From Eledone cirrhosa (taxonomy: Eukaryota), in NCBI GenBank assembly GCA_964016885.1, contig OZ024761.1, forward strand, positions 28,582,001-28,646,000: a DNA stretch of 64,000 nucleotides. The letters run 5' to 3'. Shown here one piece after another: positions 53,668-64,000 of the stretch. How positions within the stretch are numbered: the first letter of the stretch is position 1; each line of letters begins with the position of its first letter. The translations under genes and the position numbers were made by a program. The notes under the pieces are model-generated. The model saw nothing but the letters and a program-made list of their open reading frames with translations. It was not told the origin of the DNA and did not search any database.

Positions 53668-53905
53668 AAGGTAACATGATATGAGGCCTAAAAACACTTG
53701 TCAACAAGAAAGTGTGCAGTCCACATATGACAAAAATATAAGAGTAAGAGAAAAAATAGGAAAAATGAAGAAAAGGAAAGAAGAAAGAAAAAGGAAAAAG
53801 AAATAGAAGAAAGGAAAAAGAAATAGAAGAGAGGAAAGGAGAAAGAGAAAGAGAGAGAGACTTTTGATCAGGAACGCTGTCAAAATGAAGACAGCTGTAA
53901 ATAAC

Positions 53906-53957
<52 letters not shown>

Positions 53958-54400
53958 ATGTATTAAACGACATCAGAAGGCCAGACTAGAAAAACATGCT
54001 TAAAAATGTTAATTCCATGAAATCACTATACATATTTCGATGGCCCAGCTCCATCATCTAAATATGATACAAGACAGATTGATGTCATCAAGCAACTTAG
54101 ATAGAATTACAAAACAGGGTTATGTTGAACCCAAACAAATCATGGAAGAGAGGGAAAAGAGAATAGGAAATTGAAAAATGAAAATTTGATTCGGGGACTG
54201 CCTGTAAAAAAATTGTTACATTCTGAATTTAAATCTTGCTGAGGTTAGCCTTTTTTTTTTCATTCTTATGGGTTTGATAACAAAGTACCAATAATGTACT
54301 GGGGTCAATTTAATCAAGTTTTCCTTCCCCCAAAAGCCTTGTGCTTAAATCAAAACCCATTATTTTTAATCAATTCACCTGAATACTGCAATCAGTATAC

Positions 54401-54605
54401 CTGATTTAATAAAGTTAGTTTAAATACAATCTGAGAGCAGTCAGTTAATAATAGAGTGAATGTAACTGAAGAGTCTATAATGACATTTGAAACTTTTAGT
54501 GCAGCTGATCCTGTTTTATCTTTGCACAGTAAAGCTGTATTGACAGAAGAACAGTCTTTGTAAAGAACTGTCTTACGTGTTGTGATATCTCTAGTTAGTT
54601 TACAT
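54401..54605 (-). CDS. Candidate internal coding exon of an unidentified host gene (phase 2 to 0)
   Basis: ctgcag| acceptor, CAG|gtatac donor, 205 nt open: CKLTRDITTRKTVLYKDCSSVNTALLCKDKTGSAALKVSNVIIDSSVTFTLLLTDCSQIVFKLTLLNQ; phase-compatible with 60612-60779; weak polypyrimidine tract. Confidence 0.45.
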
Positions 54606-54792
54606 CTGCAGTGTGAGGTAACTTTCTAATTACTGTACAGCTGATGTGAAAGTTAACTTTCTTGAAGTGAGGGCTACATACATATATACACAATATAGAG
54701 AGATAGATAGATAGATAGATATTGTAAGATATATGTAAACTATAATTGTATTATATATAAGAAAACTGTTATCTACGAGTGTATAATATATA

Positions 54793-55035
54793 TGTGGAAG
54801 GATGTGGCCTAGTTGTAATGGTGTTGGACTTATGATCATAACGTTGTGGGTTGGATTCCTGGTTTGCATGTTGTGTTCTTGAGCAAAACACTTCATTTCA
54901 CGTTGCTCCAGTATACTCAGCTCAAAAATGAGTGCCAGCAATAGCTGGGGGTTTAACCCTGCAATGGACTGGTGTCCTGTCCAGGATTGTGTCTTGTACT
55001 CTCAGTCGCTTCTTGAGCCTTCTGGCTTAAGACAG
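54793..55035 (+). mobile_element. Older CORE-type SINE with a different 3' half
   Basis: tggcctagttg head, cttgagcaaaacacttcatttcacgttgctccag, then aaccctgcaatggactggtgtcctgtccagg. Confidence 0.7.
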
Positions 55036-55092
55036 ACATTAGACTTTTTTAGATATTTATATATATATATATATACAGAGAGAGAGAGAGAG

Positions 55093-56760
55093 AGTTAGTT
55101 TCACAACAAATTAACAAACCATATTCGAGGACACGCGTTTCACCTAGCGGATTTCAAGTGAGGTTGTGCTGCTGAGAACAGAAGTGTATATGACGTAGAT
55201 AGACAGATCATTACATTGCAGAAAAATCCTCCTCTTCAGTAATGGTGTAGCCTGGCCAAAGAAGTCAACTACCTCAATCAAAACTATTTGATGTCTTAAT
55301 GGAATCATTTGATAGTGCTGATGTATGCAATTTGGTTGGATTATATATTTTGTGGATTGGCAGTATCGGTAGAGGGTCGGACGCCATGCTTTCCAGCATA
55401 GTTACGTCCCTTTACGATCTGAGTTCAAATCAAGCCGAGGTTGACTTTGCCATTCATCCTTACGGGGTCGATAAAATAAAGTACCAGTAATGCACTGGGT
55501 AATTGCTGGCTTTGTGCCTAATGTAGAAACAATTATATATTTTACATACGTTGCAAGTCAGATTCCCAGACTTCGACATGGGTTTATACCTTGACGACAG
55601 TCTGACCCTATCGAGCCATAAAAGCGGTCATGACTTTGACTGTTTTAGAAAAGACCTATTAGTTATGTTCAACGAGTTAGTATTGATCAACACTGTAACC
55701 ACAAACCTGACTAGGGTAGATTATTTAAACATCAACTTAGACCTTCGCACGCACACATTCAGACCTTTCCACAAACTTACTGAGAAGATAACCTATATCT
55801 ATATACAGAAAGATTCATGTCACCCACCTTTGGTCTTTAAAAACTTTGTTAAAAGTATCAGTACTAGGATTTGTAATATTTCTTCTAGCAAGGCCATCTT
55901 TGACAGGGAAACACCTTATTATAAGTCTGTGTTAGCCAACAGCGTCTTCACTGATAAAATTTCTTACTCCCCTCCTAATCACACTACCAGTAGAAATTAA
56001 AAAATAGTTTGGTTCTGTCCACTCTTCTTACTCAGTGTTAGCATCAATGAAGGTAGGAAATTCTTGGCACTCCTAGACAAACACTTCCCCACAGGACATA
56101 AATATAGACCTATCTTCAATAGACACAGGGTAAAACTCAGATATTCCTGTGCTAAAAATATAAAAGCACACATGGCTATCAACCCCAAGAACTCACCCCC
56201 ACCCCTATGCTATTGCAGAAGGCTAGAAGTATGCCCCCTTCCACAATAGTATAACATACCCACAGTAGTCTATAAGGCTGAAGTTACATCTACTTGACAA
56301 AACCAACAGCAGGAGGTCAAAATATATGTAAGCATGGTGGAGGGCCGGTTTAAAGAATGCTTCCTTAACCATTAGACAACATTTAGACACTCTGGTAAGT
56401 GCCATGAAGCTAGCAAGCCACCTATGGTCATTCAAAGATGCAGACATCGATTACTCCATTCAATAGAAAGTTCTAACCATACAGAAATGGGAATTTGTCT
56501 TGTAGGCTTGTTATCGATGAAAGAATGAATATTTTGCAGATATTGCATAATAGTGCTTATGTCAACACAAGATCAGATTTGTTTAATCACTGCCCTTACT
56601 CGGTGAAGTACACGTTATGTAACTATAAAGACCCAGGAAAAATCTTACCTAGAATGAACTAACTCAAACAAAAATCGTCCTTGAGTATGGTTTTCTAATT
56701 TGTTGTGGAACTAACTCTATACCGAACTCGTCCTCTGGACTGAGTGCCCTACTTACAATT
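55093..56760 (+). mobile_element. Decayed Penelope-like element (RT C-terminal half plus GIY-YIG) with inverted 5' cap
   Basis: SFDSADVCNLVGLYIL / GLYLDDSL / VDYLNINLDL / SCHPP / LLDKHFP..YSC; 55093-55130 is inverted relative to about 56677-56718. Confidence 0.9.
55352..55531 (+). mobile_element. SINE family B nested in the Penelope RT with a 12-bp TSD
   Basis: attatatatttt at 55340-55351 and 55532-55543. Confidence 0.9.
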
Positions 56761-58120
56761 GGTATAACCTCCTGTCTTTTAACATAACATGATGGACCTG
56801 TTATTTTTATCTAAAGGTATTTTTTCCAATTCCAACCCACCCGTCCCCTCAATCTATCTTATTTCTCATTCTTTCTTCTGATAAAAGACTAGCGTCCGAA
56901 ACGTTAAGACCCTCTTCCTGCTATATCATGCATTAACCTAATATATGCCTTCCATATACTGTACCGATTGTGTTGTTATTTCTGATTACTTTTTACATAT
57001 ATATATATGGTTACTTTTTACATATATATATATAGGGTGAAAGCAGCGATTCTTTGCTTAAACTTTAATCTGTTATTTTAATAAATATTTGCTCTACGGT
57101 TCTTATATATTTGATATATATGTATCCTTATCGAGCCCTCTTTGGATTTTAGTCTTCAAATTTATTCTTATTACTATATATATATATTATTATTATTACT
57201 ATATATATATATCAAACATCAAATAAACTATACTGAATAAAATATATAACTATCATTAAATTATTTAAAATGAAATATATTGCATAATACTTGAGAATAT
57301 CGAATGATATTAACAGATTTATAAAGTCATATTATGATCATGATTATATGTATGTCCACATTTCCGTGCTGGCATGGGTTGGACAGGATTTTTGAGGCAG
57401 TTCTCTTTGCTTTTACATCCAAATACCCTCACTGATGCCAACACTTTTAGCTGACTTTTACAAGAATGCAGTAATACGGTGCACCTATTCTAAAAAACTG
57501 GGATACACACTGCACACTATTTTCTTAAACCATTTAAAATAAAATGTGCTACAAACAAAAAAAAAAGAGAAAAAGAAAAAGAAAAACTGAAAAATTTCCC
57601 ACAAAAATATTAAAAGGAATATTTAAATATAAAATAAAATAAAATTAATTGTATGAATTAATAAGAAAATGCCACATGAAATATGAAAATAAATACCATT
57701 TTAAAGAATTTAAAGAACTATATTGTACAAAATATAAAAATTGGAAATGAAGTGTAAAGTGAACTTTAAAATGAAACCAATTGGTATGTATGTATACATG
57801 TGTATGTATATATATAAGTATGTATGTGTGTGTGTACATATATATATGTGTGTGTGTACATATATATACATATACATATATATATATACATGGGTGTATA
57901 TATATATTTATAGAAATATATGAAATAAAATATGAATTATACAATATATTAAATGAAACCAATCAATAAAATAAATTGAAATATGATGGAATATTTGAAT
58001 AATAATATAAAAAGACAAAACACAGAAAATATGGTATTTAAAAATATTTAAAAATTTATAAATAAGTAAACTAAAAAAAAATTTAAATATATATAAAAAA
58101 TATTTCCCCTCTCTCTCTCA

Positions 58121-58172
<52 letters not shown>

Positions 58173-58443
58173 GTATAAATGTATATGTGTGTACATATAT
58201 ATAGATATGTGTGTATATATATATATATACACGTATTTGTGTATATATATTTGAACACATATATACATATCTATATATGTGTGTGCGTGTGTATACATAT
58301 ATATATATATATATACAAATATGTATATATATATACATACATATGTACATTTATATGTGTATACAAATATATATGAGTGAAAAAAAAAATATATATATAT
58401 ATATGCATGTGTATCTATCCATCTCCGTCTCCGTCTCTGTATG

Positions 58444-58503
<60 letters not shown>

Positions 58504-58682
58504 GAAATATGTTAAATAAAATATGAAATGAATTTAAAATGAAATTTAAATGCATCATATGAAATAACATCGACAACAAATTATCAATTTAAAATAAAAT
58601 ACAAAAGAGATAATTTATTGACAAAATTATAATTATAAAATATATTAATATGGAAGGCATTTAACATTTAAAACAAAAGGAC

Positions 58683-58742
<60 letters not shown>

Positions 58743-59051
58743 ATGTATGTGTGTATGTATGTATATATTTAGAAAGGGGAAGTTATATTTAGAATTTAAA
58801 GAAAATAATATTAATGAGAAAAAAATATATATATATATACATATATATATATCGTCATCATCGTCGGTTTAACGTCCGTTTTTCCTGCTAATATGTGTGT
58901 GTGTATATATATATTTATATATATATATGTATATAATGTATACATACATATATATATACACACACACACACATATATATACACATATATATATATATATA
59001 TACATACACATATATATAGATACATATATACATACATACATATATTCATAC

Positions 59052-59086
<35 letters not shown>

Positions 59087-59172
59087 TTCATTCTTCAATG
59101 TCATCATCACCATTTCATGTCTGCATTTGCCATGTGTGTGTATGTATGTATGTATGTATATATATATATATT

Positions 59173-59230
<58 letters not shown>

Positions 59231-59364
59231 AAGAGTTAAATATAATGAAATGAAATGAAATGAATTAGAATATAATATGAAAGTAATAATGTGAAGTATT
59301 GAATGGCAATAGGAAAATATATAAAACAATTACATAATGGTAAACTGTATAAATTAAGGAAAAT

Positions 59365-59411
<47 letters not shown>

Positions 59412-59694
59412 TATATATTATATACCTTTGCAAGCAGGGAAAAAGCGGACGTAAAATGAAATGATATATATATATTTGGAAAGAATATTATGTAATTACA
59501 TATTTGGGTATAGAAATGTTGAGAAAGTACTCAATATAATGTGTCACAGTGTATTCATTCATTCCTTCATTCATTCAGTTGAAAGTTAGTGAATAATCAG
59601 CTTTGTGTGTTATTTCCCTTTATTTTTGTCACCTCTCACGTCATGGAGGCATAAATGGTATGTAATCTAAAAACTGGGGGACACACTGGATATT

Positions 59695-59992
59695 TAAGAA
59701 GGATAAGTTGTGGTGTGCAGGAGAGAAGGCTGAGATGGTATGGACATGTGATGCGCATGGATGATGACCGCTGGGTAAAGAAGTGCCAGGAAATCCCAGT
59801 AGTAGGAAGACGAAGTAGAGGGAAGACCACGAAAAACATGGGCGGAGGTGGTGAGAGCAGACCTCAGATCGCTGAAGCTCACCGAGGAGATGACGAAGGA
59901 CCGCGACAAGTGGCGAGATGCTGTGCTGAATAGGACCCGTGCAACCCTTGCAAGCAGGGAAAAGCGGGCGTAAAATGATGATAGTGATGATG
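59695..59992 (+). mobile_element. RTE family B 3' end
   Basis: ERRLRWYGHVMRMDDDRWVKKCQE; tail cccttgcaagcagggaaaagcgg. Confidence 0.9.
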
Positions 59993-60611
59993 AGTCTTTT
60001 CTCTTTCTTCTTGAGTCTACATTGTGGTGGTCATGATGTTAGCACTCCTTACCTAGTACTTAATCTCTTCATATGAGCGGGAGAGAGTGTGCGAGAGAGG
60101 TGGGGTTAACCCCAGTGCTTCCCTGATACTGGCCATGGTAGAATTTCCACTGAGAGTAGAGAGAGGAAGCAGAGAAAGAGATGGAGAGATGAGAAGGAAA
60201 GGAGAGAGAAAGAGGGAGGTGAGAGGGGGTGATAGGGGAGGGAGGTGGGGAATGGTGTGTGGGGCGGAAAGAGAGAGGGAGGCAAGGTGAAGGCGCAAAG
60301 GAAGATGGAGGAGAGAAGGTGGGGAAAAGGAAGAGATAACGAGGAGAGAGAGAGGGAAAGAGGAAGAGTGAGAGAGAAGGAATTAATCCCTCAGGGATTA
60401 CTGGTACCTCATTTACCGACCCTTAAAGGAGAAAAGGCAAAGTTGACCTCAGTGCAATTTTAACAGGGTACAAAATGTTCGTAAGAATACTGCAATGCAT
60501 TTGTTCAGATGCCCTAAATTTTCTGACAATTTGGTGCCCCATAAAAAGATATTGGAAACAAAAGGGAGCACATAAATGGAAGTAGATTGAAACAAAGAAA
60601 GAAGCCATTAC

Positions 60612-60779
60612 CTGTATTTTTTGTGAACTGTTATAGCTGTTTGGCCTTGATGCTCTCTCAGCTTTCGGTCCAAGCATATGGCGCTGTTAGAGGCATTGTA
60701 TTCGTGAAGGCGAAACGATTCGTGTTGTTTGAAGTTTTTGTCATAGCTGTTGTCTGACGTACAATGAGCTTCTTTGGCC
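60612..60779 (-). CDS. Candidate internal coding exon of an unidentified host gene (168 nt, phase 2-2)
   Basis: gttttctgttttttttctag| acceptor, CAG|gtaatg donor, only one frame open: AKEAHCTSDNSYDKNFKQHESFRLHEYNASNSAICLDRKLREHQGQTAITVHKKYR. Confidence 0.65.
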
Positions 60780-60814
60780 CTAGAAAAAAAACAGAAAACA
60801 TAATAATAATAATA

Positions 60815-61110
60815 ATTGCCTTCTAATAGATGTATCAATCACCACAGATAACAATATATCTATCAAGGAAGTAGAGAAATTCTCCAAATATAAAGATCGA
60901 GAGATAGAAATAACTCGAATGTGGAAAATGAAAGCAGAAACAATACTAAGTACTTACAAATATATACAGTACTACTAGGCACTGCAGACATATTACGAAA
61001 ATTACTATCAATACAATAGAAACATCAGCAAAAACTACACTGCACATACCCAAGGCACACAGAGCTGTGCTCAGTAAAGCAGTAATGATGCACAATAAAA
61101 ATAATCATGG
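60815..61110 (+). mobile_element. R4/Dong-like RLE LINE 3' remnant
   Basis: CLLIDVSITTDNNISIKEVEKFSKYKD..ITRMWKMK...LLGTADILRKLLSIQ*; flanked by (AAT)n. Confidence 0.8.
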
Positions 61111-61758
61111 AAATAATAATAATTGTTTCTACTTTAGGCACAAGGCCAGCAATTACCCAGTGCATTACTGGCACTTTATTTTATCGACCCTGTAAGGATG
61201 AAAGGCAAAGTTAACCTCCCTTACCGGTCTCTCTCCCTCTTTCTCCATTTTTTCCTCCTTTCTTTTTATCTCTTCCACTGGTTTCTATCTATCTATCTAT
61301 AATAATAATAATAATTGTTTCTACTTTTGGCACAAGGCCAGCAATTAACTCTTTATTTTATTGACCCCATAAGGATGAATGACAAAGCTAACCTCGGCGG
61401 GATTTGAACACAGAATGTAAAGAGACATAACTCTATGCTGCAAAACATGATGTTCGATGCTCTACCAATACTTCCAATCTGATAATAATAATAATAATAA
61501 TGCTTTCTTTATTAACCACAAGGGTTTACACAAAGTAGACATTAAGGACAGTACAGGACAATACAGGACGGTGCAAATGGGCATTTCTGCGTGTAAAAAA
61601 ACAAAAAAACAGAGGATGTAACAAAAAAAAGAACAATGAAAAATTCCCTAATAGAGGGGGGGGGGGGAGACTTCCGAGGGCCATCATCGAGAAAGCCCAT
61701 TAAAAAGCCATGGTGACCATAGTTGGGAATTTAGATTGATTTGATGGCAGAGGCATTA

Positions 61759-61798
<40 letters not shown>

Positions 61799-61822
61799 AA
61801 AGAATAGAGGTGTATATATATT

Positions 61823-62155
61823 ATCATCATCATCATCATCATTTCATTTTACGTCCACCTTTTCCCTGCTTGCAAGGGTGGGACGGGAACTGATTCTGGT
61901 TTGATTTCTACAGCTGGATGCCCTTCCTAACACCAACCTCATTTACAGTGAGTGCTGGGTGCTTTTTTGCCGTGGCACCTCTACGACCACTTTGCAGTGG
62001 AATGATAGGGACCCCAGTCCCTATCATCTCATTTCTACAGCTGAGTAAACTGGAGCAATGTGAAATAAAGTGTCTTGCTCAAGGAAGCAACACATCACTC
62101 GGTCTGAGAATTGAACTCACAACCTTTCGATTGCAAGGCCAATGTTCTAAGCCAT
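61823..62155 (-). mobile_element. SINE family A
   Basis: Reverse complement of 31658-32003. Confidence 0.85.
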
Positions 62156-62156
62156 G

Positions 62157-62194
<38 letters not shown>

Positions 62195-62204
62195 AAAAGC
62201 ATAC

Positions 62205-62640
62205 TTAAAAAAACACAGATGATGAGGTTCAATGAAGATATATATTAGTTTCATGTTCAATATAGTAGTAAAAGTCTTAACGTTTCAGACACTAGTCCTT
62301 CATCAGAATATAAAAAGGGAAATTACAGAAGAAATATAAATATAAATAAGAGGGACAGAAATGAAAAAGAAAATTCTTTGAGAAAAAAAGAAGATACAGC
62401 AACATGTTGGCTTTGCTTTGTTACATACAAAATAGGTTCAACCTGTATATATAATTAAAGAGAGAGGTTAGACTGCATAGAACTATGTAAAATTGTGTTT
62501 TTAGAAATACACTTATTTTATATAGTCTATTCTCGCAGCTTCCACAATCCTTTAATCTTTAGGCTTTATAAATCAAACTTCAGTCTTTCATCTTAAATTT
62601 TTTTTATTCATCTCTGTTGTCTACTTTTTGGTTTTTAATT
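62205..62640 (-). mobile_element. Penelope-like 3' remnant with HHR family A motif at about 62275-62310
   Basis: Minus strand CTGATGAAGGACTAGTGTCTGAAACGTTAAGAC; upstream RIVEAARI remnant. Confidence 0.55.
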
Positions 62641-62869
62641 ATCATTCTTGGTTTTAAAGAACACACACACACATATATATATATATATGTATATATATAA
62701 AAATATGTATATATATGAATAAATATATATATATATACATACACAAAGACATAAAAGGTAAAATGAATAAATAACTATAAATAAATATAAGCAGGGAAAA
62801 GCGGACGTAAAATGATGATGATGATGATGATATAAAGAAAGCAACAAACAAACAAATACATTCACAAGC

Positions 62870-62910
<41 letters not shown>

Positions 62911-63077
62911 CAAATATATGTATGAATATATTAATATATAGATTTTTTTTTAAAACAATAAATATGTATGTATGTACTGAAATGGTGTTTTAAATACTAG
63001 TCTACATAAAACATTCTGGCATTAAGTGAATGAGTACTCAATACGTGCCTGTGTAGTTGTATATATATATATGTATA

Positions 63078-63141
<64 letters not shown>

Positions 63142-63307
63142 TAAGTCGTCACTAAAGAGGTCACAGAATGTGTGACAATCAACAACTAAACAGCCATCCA
63201 GTTAAAAGAAACGCTGGGAAATTATAATAAATTGAAGTAAAATTCAACTAGTGAATCTGTTTTTATTGCCACCATGACCCTCCCCAAATTTAACTCTATG
63301 TGTGTGT

Positions 63308-63342
<35 letters not shown>

Positions 63343-63369
63343 CAATTGTGGGGAATCAAAACATATCAA

Positions 63370-63780
63370 ATCATCATCATCTCATCATTTTCGTTTAACG
63401 TCCATCTTCCATGCTAGCATGGGTTAGACGGGAGTTGTCCCAATTTGAGGCAAGGCTGGTCGGGTAACCGTGTCTCACTCATATAGGACTATCTGGCAGG
63501 TTTTCTACGGCTGGATGCCCTTCCTAACACCAACCCCATTTACAGTGTGGAACTGGGAACTTTTTACTGTGTTACCTACACGGCCACATTACAGAGTGGA
63601 CTGTGTGTTTGTTTGTTTTTTGTCGTGATATCTACACGATCTCGATCTCATTTATTTGGACTGGATGTTGTGGTACCAACTTTACAGAGAGAGGGTGGTG
63701 TTAGTGGGAGTGGGAGGATAGGGTAGGGGTAGTGGATTGGGGTGTATATTTGGTTAAGAGGTGCCTACTGACTGTAGGTT
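63370..63780 (-). mobile_element. RTE family A 3' UTR fragment
   Basis: Nearly the same variant as 42930-43320. Confidence 0.85.
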
Positions 63781-63963
63781 TGTGCTTCTTAATAAAAAAG
63801 CTCAATAGACTTTGTCCAGATCTATAACAATTCAAATGTAAAAGGTATATATTATTATAAATGTAAGCTATCGCCGTATTTTGACTAAAGAAATTAAAGA
63901 AATTATTTAGCCTGATAGTGGGGTTAAGAACCCTCGGAGAAATGGAAAAAGATGAGTATTGAC

Positions 63964-63999
<36 letters not shown>

Positions 64000-64000
64000 A

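Overview
AT-rich eukaryotic (animal) DNA, most likely from an octopus or other coleoid cephalopod (inferred from the SINE, RTE-LINE and microsatellite content). The window is intronic or intergenic and is dominated by (TA)n, (CA)n, (GA)n and (GGT/GAT)n tracts, so most entries in the ORF track are low-complexity artefacts. Supported content: 5'-truncated RTE LINEs whose RT carries an in-frame C4HC3 PHD-like finger, two decayed Penelope-like elements (GIY-YIG), Tx1/L1-like and R4/Dong-like LINE remnants, an internally deleted DD37D Tc1/mariner element, TTAA-flanked MITEs, at least three tRNA-derived SINE families, a tRNA-Lys pseudogene, and two candidate coding exons of an unidentified minus-strand gene. 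The most striking signal is about 20 minimal type-I hammerhead-ribozyme motifs, counted by eye, in short Penelope-derived units. Many of these units are near-perfect fold-back palindromes with 40-200 bp arms inserted into (TA)n tracts. Family assignments come from motif recognition, not database searches.
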